DNA of 64,000 nucleotides from Mobula hypostoma. Its lineage: Eukaryota. Of this stretch, positions 49,681 to 62,377 are shown in pieces. The notes beneath the pieces are model-generated. The model saw nothing but the letters and a program-made list of their open reading frames with translations. It was not told the origin of the DNA and made no database searches. Both the position numbers and the translations under genes were made by a program. The DNA is taken from contig NC_086097.1 in the NCBI RefSeq assembly GCF_963921235.1, forward strand, positions 128,094,001 to 128,158,000. Direction: 5' to 3'. Position 1 is the first letter of the stretch; every line of letters starts with the position of its first letter.

Positions 49681-50403
49681 AATAGAGCAACTTTGCAATA
49701 AGCAAAATTCAACTTGGTAATTACCTTATCCGAGGCCGAGACAGCATTCAGAAGATTGGTGAGAATCCCAAGAAACCGTGGAAGTAGATGGGAACAAATG
49801 CTGCAAATACGAATTACTTCATGAAGTTAAAACCTCATCAACAATTGAATTCAGTGACAGGAATTTCCTGTCAGCTAAACGTAATCCCATAATTGACAAA
49901 GCTTCAGTTCTGGATGAAAATTAGCAAAAAAATTCTTTCAGCTTTAAGTAGAAGATGTGCATCAGTTAATAGGATTGCCACATAAGCATTGACTGCACCC
50001 TGTTCTAAAGATTATTCTCAGGCGATGGGAGGGAGCCCATTGCATGTTGCTGTAAGTTGGAGTGGCAAGAAGGAACACTATTCATGATAAATAATTGTGA
50101 TATTAGGCCTTTTAAATACAGAAAATAACTGAAGTAGAGATCACAAGATTGAAATAAGCTTTAAGGTTTAGTTTAGTTTAGATGAGATAGTATCATTCAG
50201 AAACAAAAATAAAAGTGCCCAGCCTAATAATTCTGGCATCTTGGCTTGAGAGTGTGGTCAGTAGGCAGGTGAAGACATCATGCAAAGTACTCTCTTCTGC
50301 TTTACGCAGAAGGTAAAAAGAATATAGTACATGAACATAGCACAACGTCAACAAGGGTTACTGAATGATTTTTTTTCTTGTTTAATTATGATCTGTCATT
50401 CCA

Positions 50404-53270
50404 GGCATTTGACAAGGTACCTCATGGGAGGCACATGCAGAAGATTAAGAGGCATAGGATCCATGGTGAATTGGCCATTTGGATTCAGAACTGGCTTGCC
50501 CACAGAAGACAGAGGGCAGTGGTTGATGGGACTTATTCTAACTGGAGATCTGCAATTAGTGGTGTTCTGCCAGGAACTGAACTAGGACCTCTGCTGTTTG
50601 TGATGTATATAAATGACCTGGATGAAAATGTAGGAGGGTCAGTTAATAAGTTTGCAGATGATATGAAGATTGGACAACATAGAAGACTGGCAAAAATACA
50701 ATGGTATATAGTTTTGAATCAAATCACTGGCACGTGTTGTGAAATTTGTTGACTTAGCAGCAGCAGTTCAATGCAATACATGACAAAAGGGAAAAAGAAT
50801 AAATAAGTTAATCAATTACACTAAGTATATATATGTATATTGAATAGATTAAAAATAGTACAAAAACAAAATAATATATATTTACAAAAGTGAGGTAGTG
50901 CTCATGGGTTCAAAGTCCATTCGGGAATCAGATGGCAGAGGGGAAGAAGCTGTTCCTGAATCACTGAGTGTGTGCCTTCAGGCTTCTGTACCTCCTACCT
51001 GATGGTAACAGTGAGAAAAGGGCATGTCATGGGTGATGAGGATCGTTAATGACGAACATCACCTTTTAGAGGCGCTCCTCCTTGACGGTGTCTTGGGTAC
51101 TACGGAGGCCAGAACCCAAGATGGAACTGACTAATTTTATGACTTTTTGTATCATCTTTCAGTCCCGTGCAGTAGCCTTACCCCCACCCCACCACCACCG
51201 CACCCCACTGTACCAGATAGCGATGTAGCCTGTCAGAATGCTCCCCACAGAATATCTACAGAATTTTTAAGTGTTTTAGTTGACAAACCAAATCTTCTCA
51301 AACTCCTAATGAAATATAGTCTTCTTTATAACTGCATCAATATGTTGGGACCAGGTTAGATCCTCAGAGATCTTGACACCCAGGAACTTGAAATTGCTCA
51401 CCCTCTCCACTTCTCATCCCTCTATGAGGATTGGTTTGTGTTCCCTTACACTTAAACTTATCTTACTCTTCCTGAAGTCCACAATCAGCTCTTTCATCTT
51501 ACTGACATTGAGTACAAGGTTATACCACTCAGGTATATCTCGCTCCTCTACACCTTCTCATCTCCATCTGAGATTCTACCAAAAATGGTTGTATCATCAA
51601 CAAATTTATAAAAGGTATTTGAGCTATACCTAGCCACACTATCATGGGTATAGATAGAGTAAAGCAGTGGAATAATCACTCATTGCTGAGATAAGCCAGT
51701 GTTGATCATCAGTGAGGAGGAAATATTATGACCATTCTGCACAGATTGTGATCTTCCGGTTAGGAAATCAAGGATCTAATTGCAGAGCGAGGTACAGAGG
51801 CCCAAGTTCTGTAACTTATTAATCAGGATTGTGGGAATGATGGTCTTAGACACTGAGCTCTAGTCAACAAACAATATCTTGACATAGGTGCTTGTATTGT
51901 CCAGGTGATCCAAGGTCATGTGAAGAGCCATTGAGATTGCATCTGCCGTAGACCTATTGTGGTGAAGAGCAAATTGTAATGAATCCAGGCCCTTGCTGAG
52001 GAAGGAGTTCATTCTAGCCACGACCAACCTCTCAAAGCATTTCACCACCATAGATGTGAGTGCTATTGGGCGATAGTCATTAGGGCAGCTCACATTATTC
52101 TTCTTAGTTACAGGTGGGAACTTCTGACTGTAGCAGACAGAAGTTGAAAATGTCCTTGAATACTCCCACCAGTTGGTTGGCACAAATTTTCAAAGCCTTA
52201 CCAGATGCTCCATCTGGGCCTGCCTCCTTGCAAGGGTTCACCCTCCTTAATGACAGCCTATCATCGGCCTCTGAGACAGAGATCACAGGGTCATCAGGTG
52301 CAGAAGGGATCTTCACAGCTGTAGTTATATTCTTCCTTTCAAAGTGGGTATGGAAGGCGTTGAGCCCACTTGGTGGTGAAGCATCACTGCCATTAATGCT
52401 ATTGGGTTTCGCTTAGTAGGAAGTAATGCAGATATGGGCAGAGGAATGGGAGATGGAATTTAAGCCAGCCAAATGCGAAATGTTATACTTTGATAAGTGT
52501 TAATCCAGCCAAATGTAAAAAGACTGTGCATTGTTAAGAACAACACCCTTAACAATGCTGATGAACAGGGGGACCTTGGGGTTTAAATTCATAGCTCCCT
52601 CAAAGTGGCTACACAGATTGATAGGGGGGTTAAGAAGGTATATGCATGCTTGCCTTTATTAGTTGAGACATTGAGTTCAAAAGTCAGGAAGTTACGTTGC
52701 ACCTTTATGAAACTCTGGTTAGGCTGCATCAGGAGTATTCTATATAGGTCTGGTCACCCCATTATAGGAAGGATGTCATGGCTTCGGAGAGGAGGCAGAA
52801 GAGGTTTACCAGATTGTTGCCTAGGTTAGAGGGCATGTACTATATGAGAGGCTGGACAAACTTGAGTTGTTTTCTCTGGCTGAGGGGAGATCTAATAGAG
52901 TTTTATAAGATTATGAGAAGCATAGTAGACAGACACTATTTTTATCCTAGGGTTGAAATGTCTAATACCAGAGGACATACAGTTAAGAAGAGATGGGGTA
53001 ATTTCAAGGAGACGTGAAGTATAAGGTTTTTACACAGAGAATGGTGGGTGCCTGGAATGCGCTGCATGGGGTGATGGTAGAGGCAGATGCATTAGGGATT
53101 TTTAAGAGATGTTTATATGGGCATATGTATGTGAGGGAAATGAAAGGATGTGGATATTACATAGGTAGAAGAGATTAGCTTTGTTACCCACTTGACTACT
53201 AATTTAATTGGTTCAGCACAACATTGTGGGCTGAGGGGCCAGTTCCTGTGCTGTACTGTTCTATGTTCTA
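50404..53270 (+). mobile_element. CR1 RT/3' part (50404-50710 and ~52428-53270) split by a Rex1
   Basis: AFDKVPHGR...KFADDMKI; resumes at QIWAEEWEMEF; TTCTATGTTCTA tail. Confidence 0.88.
50715..52428 (-). mobile_element. Rex1/Babar LINE, 5'-truncated
   Basis: NDYRPIALTSMVVKCFERLV, DSLQFA, ILFVD; 3' UTR as in the copies at 5220 and 20379. Confidence 0.93.
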
Positions 53271-53990
53271 CATTACTTCCAAATTATCCTCTTTCAAAAC
53301 TGCAACGTTAGAACTTAGCTAACAGAGTAAATTGAAAATGGTTTGGGAGTAAAATCTGACTTTCATCGTATGTGCTGAATGTGCAACTTGGTAACATTTG
53401 TGCTTTGCACCCTGCTTCTAAAATTTAGTTCCTTTAATTTCAGTACTATTTTATGCATATTGCACATGCAGTCAAGGATGTGTTCTTAGATATTTTCTTT
53501 CTCTTAGTTTAAAGCCAAAATTCTAATCTTTGGTTCATTTTTAGACAGAAAATACCCATTTTGATACTTGTATTTGAATAAATTAATAGGCATTTCAAAT
53601 GTTTGAGAGTACAAAACACCAATCAGGAATTAGTGATAATTCCAGACTAAATCATTTGTGACAAATGGGTTATTGCTTCTAAGGAATCGACAGGCAGGGA
53701 TTTATACCCAGTACTATAGATGATATTAAACACATTGTGCTATTTTGCCAATACTTTGCCTTCCTCTTAATCTCCTTGATAACAAGGGCTTTCACTATTT
53801 ATCCTTCGCCATTTTTGAGTTGCTTGACAGGTCAGGATTTGGAGAGAGAGAACAGTTTTGGAAGGGGCTGATGTTAACACAATGCCTAACTGTGGAGCTA
53901 ATTTGCGTCAAATATTCTCCTTGCTGTTGTGCAGTGATTAACATGAAAACATTCATAAAAGGGTTGGAACGCAGAGTTTCATTTAAAACA

Positions 53991-54189
53991 TAAACTACTG
54001 GAGGAATTTGATGAATCAGTCAGCATCCCTTGAGGGAAACCTACATTTCAGATTGAGACATTTCATCAGTCCCATGACATCAACTATTCATTTCCCTCCA
54101 CAGATGCTGCCTGACCCACTGAGTCCTCCAGTAGTTTGTGTTTATCACTCCAGGTTCCAGCATCTGCGACCTCTTGTCTCTCTGTCTTA
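53991..54189. mobile_element. Miniature fold-back PLE-derived element
   Basis: Inverted arms 53986-54005 / 54124-54143, PLE tail motifs, hammerhead remnant, flanking repeat ATTTAAAACA (53981-53990 / 54190-54199). Confidence 0.75.
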
Positions 54190-54524
54190 ATTTAAAACAC
54201 ATTTTGATAAAACCTGCTAAGATGAATAAAATGCAAGAAATGCCTTATTATAAAAAAGCATAGAATTTTCCAGTCTAAATAAGCACTTGGATTCTTAAGT
54301 GTATTTGATTTTTATTAAAGAACCTTTCTTATTCTTGTTTGGTTTTTAAAAGTATGAGGCCTGATGCTTCTTGATCTGTTAACAACACTCTATAATTGTT
54401 TTCTGGGACCTGAAGATGTCTGCTGTTGGGAACAGGGATGTTCATCTAATTTTTTCCTAAGCCTCAATCGCTGTCATATCCCTATATAAAATGCCATATT
54501 TAGTGTCATGTAATGATTTAATAG

Positions 54525-55050
54525 CTGCATTATGGCCTGGTATTGAAACACCAATGCCTTTGGATGGAAAGTCCTACAAAATGTAATGGATTCGGCCCAG
54601 TACATCATGGGTAAAGCCCTCCCAACCATTGAGAACAGCTATATGAAACGCTGTCATAGGAAAGCAGCATCCATCGTCAGAGATCCCCACAACCCCACCA
54701 CCTAGGCCATGCTCTTCTCTTGCTCTTGCAATCAGGTAGCTGGCACAAGGGCCTCAGGACTCACACCACCAGGGCCAAAAACAGCTAGTACCTTTCGACC
54801 ATCAGGCTCCAGCACAAAAGGGGATAACTACACTCACTTGTCCATCCATTGAGATGACCAGTGATCTCACTTTAAGGACTCGTTATCTCATTGTCTCATG
54901 TTCTCATTATTTATTGCTATTTATATATATTTGCACAGTCTGTTGTCATTTGCAATTTGATTGATCTTTCCCTGATGCTGTTATGAATCTCAGGGTTGTA
55001 TATGGTGACATATATGTACTTTGATAATAATGTTTACTTTAAATTTTAAT
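54525..55050 (+). mobile_element. Rex1/Babar 3' end
   Basis: LQNVMDSAQYIMGKALPTIE...RKAASIVRDP; tail GTACTTTGATAATAA. Confidence 0.85.
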
Positions 55051-55219
55051 GGTAAAGGAGAGACATGGAACCTGCCACATGGCTACAACGAGAAGAGGAG
55101 CCTCATAGTTTCAATGTATCCTAACTAAGTTTGTCCATTGGGAACTCATGAAGAAGAAGAGATAATATAGACAGAATTACACTGAGCAAAGTTCAGACAT
55201 ACATATATTATTTTATATA

Positions 55220-56560
55220 GGTGGATATTGCTTGCAAAGTCAGTATCTATTCACCATCCCCAAATGCCCTGAAGGTGCTGGTGAGCTACCTTCTTGATCT
55301 ATTGCAGTTCTCATTGTGCTTATCGTCTTTCCCTGCACCTCACCTCCTCTGGTTCCTACAGTGATTGCTCTCTTGTCCACTTGTCACTCCCCACTGATCT
55401 CCCTCCTGGCACTTTATCCTATAAGTAGGACAAGTGCTATACCTGCCCTCTCCACCATACAGGGCCTCAGATAGTCCTTCCAAGTGAGATGATACTTCAT
55501 CTGAGAGTCTGTTAGGGTCATCTACTGTATCCACTGCTCCTGGTGCGGCCTCCTCTACGTCGGTGAGGCACAAAACAGATTGGGGAACTGCTTCTTCGAG
55601 CACCTTTATTCCAGCTACCAGAAAAGGCAGGATCTCTCTCTGGCTACCCATTTCAATACAACTCCTCATTCTCATTCCAGCATGTAGGTCCATGGTCTCC
55701 TCTACAGCCACAGTAAGGTTGGAGGAGCAACATCTCATGTTCTGTCTGGGTAGCCTGCAACCTGATGGCATAAGCATCAATTTATCTTTTACTTCTGGCA
55801 ATCTCCTCCCCCTTCCTCATTCTCTCTTTTCCTATTCCCATTTTGGCTACTTCTCACTCCTTCTCTTCTCCTCATCTGTCATCATCTCCCTCTGGTACCC
55901 CTCTTCCTTCCCTTTCTTCCACAGTATACTGTTCCCTCCTATCAGATTCCTTCTTACTTCTTCTCCCTTCATCACTTACCCAATTTCCCCCTCACTTGGT
56001 CTCACCTATCATCAGCCAGCTTGCACTACTTTCCCTTCCCCCACCTTCTTATTCTGGCTTCTGCTCCCTTCCTTTCCAGTCCTGATAATGGATCTCAGCC
56101 AGAAATATCAGTGGGTTTCCAATCATGTTTTGTTTGGATGTGTCAAGCTTCTTAAGAGCTATCGCAGCCTCACATATCGAGGCAAGTAAGGGAGGTTTCA
56201 TCTCACACCTGGCTTGTGGAATGCAGAAAGACTCTGAAGGTGACTCTCTTGCCTCAGGATACCCTGGCCTGCTTTTGTAGCCAGAGAAAGCTGGGTAATG
56301 CTATGAAAGTCAAGTCAATAATGGCATCTTTATGTGCTGATAAATGAGATTATGCCACTGAGAATCAAATGTAATGATTAAATTTGCTTCTGTTCCAGCT
56401 GGTTATTATCCGGCACATGTAAGGTATGAGGTTTGGTGTCATGTCATCTTTAAAGTAAAATGATATTTCCCAAAGAGGAATTACTGTGCAGTCATCCCTA
56501 CACTCGTGAACCTGGACCTAAGTCAAGAAGGTTGCCTGTCTCCTTCTGTTGAACTAAATA
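55220..56560 (-). mobile_element. Very decayed copy of the old LINE family seen at 39130, split by a PLE
   Basis: AATGCCCTGAAGGTGCTGGTGAGCTACCTTCTTGA matches 39180-39225; further weak similarity at 56120-56560. Confidence 0.5.
55340..56115 (+). mobile_element. Decayed Neptune PLE (GIY-YIG, 3' UTR, hammerhead remnant ~56077-56112)
   Basis: VIYCIHCSWCGLLYVGEA, RLEEQHLMFCLGSLQPDG; CAGTCCTGATAATGGATCTCAGCCAGAAA. Confidence 0.88.
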
Positions 56561-57379
56561 TAATGTTAAGAGTCAACTGCAATTAGGCTGTGCAGCCACC
56601 TTGCAGACTCTCAGCAGGAGCTGTGTGGTTTGCCTGGGTTGACGTGCCTCAGCTAACCTGATCCTGGCTCCCCCCGCATTGCTGCTTGACTTGGAGATGG
56701 AGTGGAATTCCCCAAAGCTCCCTCTCATGCTTTTACTTTCCCGTCTGTAACAGCAGGATAACCAGGACTGGATGCTGATGAGATAACACGTTTCCTTCAG
56801 AAGAAGTGGAATAAAACACAAGTATTATGTCACAAGACTGTGTGACTGTGGATGTGAAGTGGGATTTTAATTTTAATAGTCTTGCAGATATTCTGTGCGC
56901 AGTGCAAAATATTCAACAGAATTTCATCTTGGAAGTCACAACTCTGTCATGAGGCGGAGAGAGTTACCAGAACAATGGATTTCTATCATCTTTGACCTCC
57001 CCTGTGTGATGGAAGCCCATCTGTAATCCACATGTACCACTATGAACATTATATTGGTGGCTGGATTATACGTTGACAGAATAGGACATTTTCTTTGACT
57101 AATACTTGGCAACATACGAATACAAGGATTGAAACTTTGAAGATTGTGCACCATGGAACTCTGAGCTTAGTCCCACTGCCAGCATTGCAAGCCTTCAGAC
57201 TGATGCTGAGTGAGTCCTTGTATTCTTTCCCACATCTTTCTTGGTCTGGTTTTTGTTGACTGTAGAGTAAAGCCTAAAGGGTTTCAAGTGCATTGAATGT
57301 AGGAATTTGAACGTGTACACAGGGTAGTTTATTGCTTTTAAAAAAAAAACTGTCTGGATAAACTTCCTGGAAAAAAACT

Positions 57380-58326
57380 TCTGGTTAGGATGGTGCTACC
57401 GAACACGTGCGTCAGCTCACTTGTAGTTAAAAAGTTAACCAGTCTGACCAAAAACAGCACAAGAACACCTTTTCTGAGATCAGTTGTGTTAAATTATTGG
57501 CACAAACAGCGTGGGGGGCAAGCGATGGCTACATGAGATCGGGGCATGAGCTGAGATGGTATATTGAAGAATCCATGCAGATGGAGTGAGTCATTTGGAG
57601 AGGCGAGGTCGCGGCTGTGGAGTTCTGATGCCCGGGTGCGAGATTGGATCACTCTGGGTGCCAAGAGGAGAAGTCTGAGCAGAGGAGATTCGATGCCCAT
57701 ACAACAGTCCTGGGTGTGAGGTTGGATTGCCCTGGGTGCCCAGCTGATTTGAGGAGCCTGAGAGTGGCTACAGGCTGGTCGGCAACGTCTGGGCCCAGGG
57801 TGAGTTGCTGGGCGACATGGTCTAGGCTCCGAGCCTTTTGCAGTAGCCGGGTCTTAGTGCGAGGTATGATCCAGTTTTTAGACAATTTAACGCCAGCCCA
57901 GCTAGACTGAAAAGACAGGGTGTCAGGATCTGAGGCAAGAGACAATTTCACTCGCTGTCCACTATGGTTACTCCTCTCTTCATGGTGCTGAGGCTATGAA
58001 GACTGCCAGGCTGCAGTGCTCCACGCCCACTAATATAATGAACAGATAAACGAGGCTTTGGGCCTACTCCAGGCCGCTCCAGGTTCGGATCTGAGGACTA
58101 AATTTTGTTCGGAATGTTGTTGTTCGCTGCAATTGTTTGCATAATTTGTGATTTTTTTTCTTTCTCTTGCGCATTGGGGGTTGGTCTTTTATTTTTATTT
58201 TTTTTCTGTTAATTGAGATTGTTAGGGTTTCTTGCTTTATGGCTACTTATAAGTAAACAAATCTCAAGATTGTATAAATTTATACATTCTTTGATAATAA
58301 ATGTACTTTGAATTTGAACTTTGAAT
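57380..58326 (+). mobile_element. Non-autonomous, non-coding retroelement with a Rex1-like tail
   Basis: AGGATGGTG head, GC/CpG-rich body, tail AATCTCAAGATTGTA...CATTCTTTGATAATAAATGTACTTTGAATTTGAACTTTGAA. Confidence 0.55.
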
Positions 58327-58674
58327 GAAATGTTCCTCAATAAAACTCTGTCAGTAACAGGTTATTATACATGATCTTTCAAGAAACATCAAATGTATCC
58401 AATTTGCAAGATCCAGTAAGGTGGTAATTAGATTTGTTCTTGCTGGAGATGAAAATATTTGTATATTTATAGAAATATTCTGCAATACACTATGTAGCCA
58501 GTTTTGTAATATAGTTTCAAAGCCAAATCTGGTTTTTAAATCAAAATGAACATCACCTTAATTAAAATAAAAGATTAAATTCCCTTTTGGAAAAATTAAA
58601 ACACTAAAAGGGTACAGACTTAAAAAAATAATTAAACTCATTTGAACTAACTGAATTAAACTGAATTTTTAAAA

Positions 58675-59266
58675 ATGTATTGCACTGTACTACTGCTGCA
58701 AAACAACAAATTTCAGGACATATGTCAATGATATTAAACCTGATTCTAATTCTGATCATTTTATTGTTGCATACACCATGGTGCAATGAAATTCCTTCCT
58801 CATGAGAAACTGACAGAGTAAACCGTATACAGGGTAATAATAACAAGTAATGTTAATAAAGTGGCAATAATGGAAGAGGTAGAAATCAGGGCTTGAGAAT
58901 GTGACACCACCACCAAAAAAGGGATGTGAAAGAGGTGATTGATTCAGAAATCAGACAGCATGGGGAACTTTGAATTTTGAATGAGTTGTTCTGAAGTCTG
59001 GATGGCTTACAAGCTGGAAGCATATAAGCTGAAAGATAAGGTGGAGCAGGGTAGGAGGATTGGAGGTAGAAGGCACAAATTGAGGCTGAAACCAGAAAAA
59101 GGAAGGATGATGGGCAAATGGAACTAGATTTGGGAGGAGATAGGAAGGATGGGCCAAGGGAGAAGAAACCCAGGTGGATGGATAGATAGTGCCAGGTGTG
59201 GTAGTTTTGAGCAAATTTCACAACACATGCCGGTGATAATAAACCTAATTCCGATTCTGATTCTGA
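58675..59266 (+). repeat. Two isolated Rex1 3' tips (58675-58757, 59211-59266)
   Basis: CAAATTTCA...GAT(A/T)ATAAACCT...(TTCTGA)n, as at 15810-15857. Confidence 0.65.
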
Positions 59267-60047
59267 AAAGGTGAACAAAGGGAGGGACAACCAAGATGGA
59301 CTGATGGACTGGTAGAAGTGAGAAAGCAACAAGGTGACGGGGTGGTAGCTTAAAATGGAAAATCCCTTTTGTCCCACTATGTTGCTCGACCTGCTGAGTT
59401 CTTCCTGCAGTTTATTTTTGCTCCATATTCTAGTGTCTACGTTATATTTCAAAGCAGCAGAATAGGCCGCATTTCTGTGCTGTATGACTGTGAGTCCACA
59501 ACTCTAAATTATTGATTCATTGGGAACGACTCAAAGTTAAGCCTTAATGGAATGAAAAGATGAATGAATAATCAAGAATTAGAGGAGCTTGGGTTATAGG
59601 TCTGGAGGTGACAACACAAATAAAAAGGACAAGACAAAGGAGTGAACTGAAAATAATTTTGAAATTGAATTGTGAGTTGATCTTATTGAAGAGGAGCAAG
59701 TCCAGAAGAATATATTTGCGATGAGTATGCTTGCTGCAGATGCAATAACTGTGCAGATCTTGTTATCAGATGTACATTATTATTATGATCTATTATGAAA
59801 CATTACAGTTAAAAGTAAAATGCAGAGTTTGATCTTATAATTCTGGTACAAGAAGATATATTGAAACAGTGGTGAACTGGACGTGCCTTTCAACAGACTA
59901 AATCCAGATTTATCATTATTGATTTTCAGTTGAATTACATTTGAAACAACTGCAAGATAATTGCAATGATACAGAAAAGAACCCAGAGAAGATTGATGGC
60001 ATCAGTTCTTCAAGAGCGGGAGAGACTGCAGGAGGAGAATAAATGAA

Positions 60048-60565
60048 ATAGAAGCAGGACTAGACTGTTTATCCCTTTGTCCCTACTCTGCCTTGAAGAC
60101 CACAACTGATGTTTTACCTCAGCACCACTTTCCTGCATTAACTACATGATTCATAATTTACTTAAGGTTCAGAAGTCTTTCAACCTCAACCTTGAATATA
60201 CTGTACACAGTGAATGAAACTTCCTACTACCCTCTTAGATATTGAATGTCAAAGAGACAATTCCCTCTGGAGAACGAATTTCTTCTCATCTCAATACTCC
60301 ATTAGGAGACTATGATCCATGGTTCTCAACACCACAGTAAGTGAGGCATTATTCCTGCATTTACCTCATTAAGCTCTGAAAAACCCTTATATATCCACCT
60401 GCACTCTGGAGAAAATAGTTCCATTCTGCATAATCACTCACCAGAGGACAATCTGCCTACACTAGGGATCAATCTACTGAGTCATTATTGCATTCCCTCT
60501 TTCACATGTACTGTATATCCCTTATTAGGTAGGGAGAGGAAACTGGGACATAATATTCCAGGGCA
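60048..60565 (-). mobile_element. Old CR1 3' end
   Basis: ATAGAAGCAGGACTAGAC tail; GAATTTCTTCTCATCTC and AACTGGGACATAATATTCCAGG remnants. Confidence 0.65.
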
Positions 60566-61166
60566 CTTTCCTCACAGTCCGATATACTCAAACAGGTGAG
60601 ATATGATCACCTACTTATTTCAGGTGGAGAGTTCACTTCCAGAACTGATACACCGAAAATCAAATGCTAGTTATGCCTCTTGGAGCACTAGCTGTGCAAT
60701 TTCATGATTTGCCACACTTACTTTCCAGCCATAGAGGTTAATGGCGAGAAGTTGGGTATGATGAGCTTTCTGCCAAAACTGACACTCTGATATGTTCTAC
60801 TCATTCCAGCTGTCTGTCTGACAGGGTGCTAGACTGGGTAATTACCCCACATCAGATTGCAAGCAAATGAACAAATGCAGAAGTGTATATTTTTGTCTGT
60901 GGTTAGCTTTTGAATTTATTTATCTTTTATACAGCTTCCCAAAGCATAGTTAATTTGGCAGTGGGTATCCATTTTATTGGGTTTTTTTTACATGTTGCTG
61001 TGTAGATTTAATAGAATCTTGAAAAAGTATGGCATAAAACTTGACATTTTATGGCATACACTTTGCAAGGCACCCTGGCCCCCTCCAAGTCACAAAACGT
61101 TTAACCAGCCTTAAATTTTTCCCAAAGAAAGACAATAAATGGTGTATGTTTGCTGAAAAATAGATA

Positions 61167-62377
61167 CATTGGATTCCACTTAATTGGGACACATCGGGAC
61201 CCAGTACATTTCGGCCCAATTAAGCAGCTGCTCTAATTAGCCAAAGTTTCATAGAAATACTTCAAAAAATATTAAAAAGACAAGCTACTATTTGACTAAG
61301 TTACAAATTATATATTTAAATGAAATACATAGAACATAGAACAGTACAGCACAGTACAGGCCCTTCAGCCCATAATGTTGTGCCGACCCTTAAACCCTGC
61401 CTTCCATATAACCCCCCCACCTTAAATTCCTCCATATACCTGTCTAGTAGTCTCTTAAATTTCACTAGTGTATCTGCCTCCACCACTGACTCAGGCAGTG
61501 CATTCCACGCACCAACCACTCTCTGAGTAAAAAACCTTCCGCTAATATCCCCCTTGAACTTCCCACCCCTTACCTTAAAGCCATGTCCTCTTGTATTGAG
61601 CAGTGGTGCCCTGGGGAAGAGGCGCTGGCTGTCCACTCTATCTATTCCTCTTATTATCTTGTATACCTCTATCATGTCTCCTCTCATCCTCCTTCTACAG
61701 AACAAATTAGAACATTACCAATAGTACTACAGTAGTATAAAACTGTATATTAATTCCTAATTGTTAACAACAGACAAAATCATCTAGTGTAAGATGCCAT
61801 GTTCTTTTAATTGTGAAAGAACAAAATCAGTGCAGATACCTAGTGAAGATAATGGACTGCCTTCATACAATATTTTCAACAATTGTATTCTCCAAATCTT
61901 CCCTTTCATTGTAACATTCAAGATGATTGCTGATAGCTTCTAATTCTTCATATTTCCTACCTCGTTGAAGTGGTGAAATCATTTTGTTTTCATTCCCGGC
62001 CATTTCTGGCATCTCCAAGCCTGTATGCTTGAAACCGCAGGGAGCAAAACGATGCTGAATTGTCATACTGCTTTCTTCTCACCAACAATCAGTGACAAAA
62101 GTCACTGCTTTTTGAACACAAACACATGCAACTGATGCTATTTAAAATCTGTTCACTTTAAGTACAGTATAGTGTCTGACAGCCACAGCAAGCGCTTGCG
62201 ACGCATGCTATTGAGAAACTTTTTGGTAACGGTCGCCTGTCCGAATTAAGGGGAGTAGTGACCCAAGTAATTGAAGGGAATCCCAGGTAATTTTTTGATT
62301 AATTTTGTTCTTTAAGAGTTGCCCTAATTAAAGGGTTGCCATGATTAACCGATGGCCCAATTGACCAGAGCCCACTG
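61167..62377 (-). mobile_element. pogo/Tigger non-autonomous DNA transposon containing a CR1
   Basis: TA on both sides (61165-61166, 62378-62379); imperfect TIRs CATTGGATTCCACTTAATTGGG / CCCAATTGACCAGAGCCCACTG; transposase C-terminal remnant TIQHRFAPCGF. Confidence 0.8.
61327..61697 (-). mobile_element. Young CR1 3' end (same subfamily as 37430 and 40832)
   Basis: RRRMRGDMIEVYKII...LLDRYMEEFKV; (TAGAACA)n tail. Confidence 0.95.

Noticed and set aside
50390..50410. Acceptor TTCCAG/G fused in frame to CR1 RT (exonisation)
   Set aside because: Weak pyrimidine tract, decayed downstream RT and no donor support.
58990..59450. Purine-rich tract plus PLE-like tail as another fold-back PLE (similar tract at ~23850-24100)
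   Set aside because: Too degenerate to define arms, TSD or ribozyme by eye.
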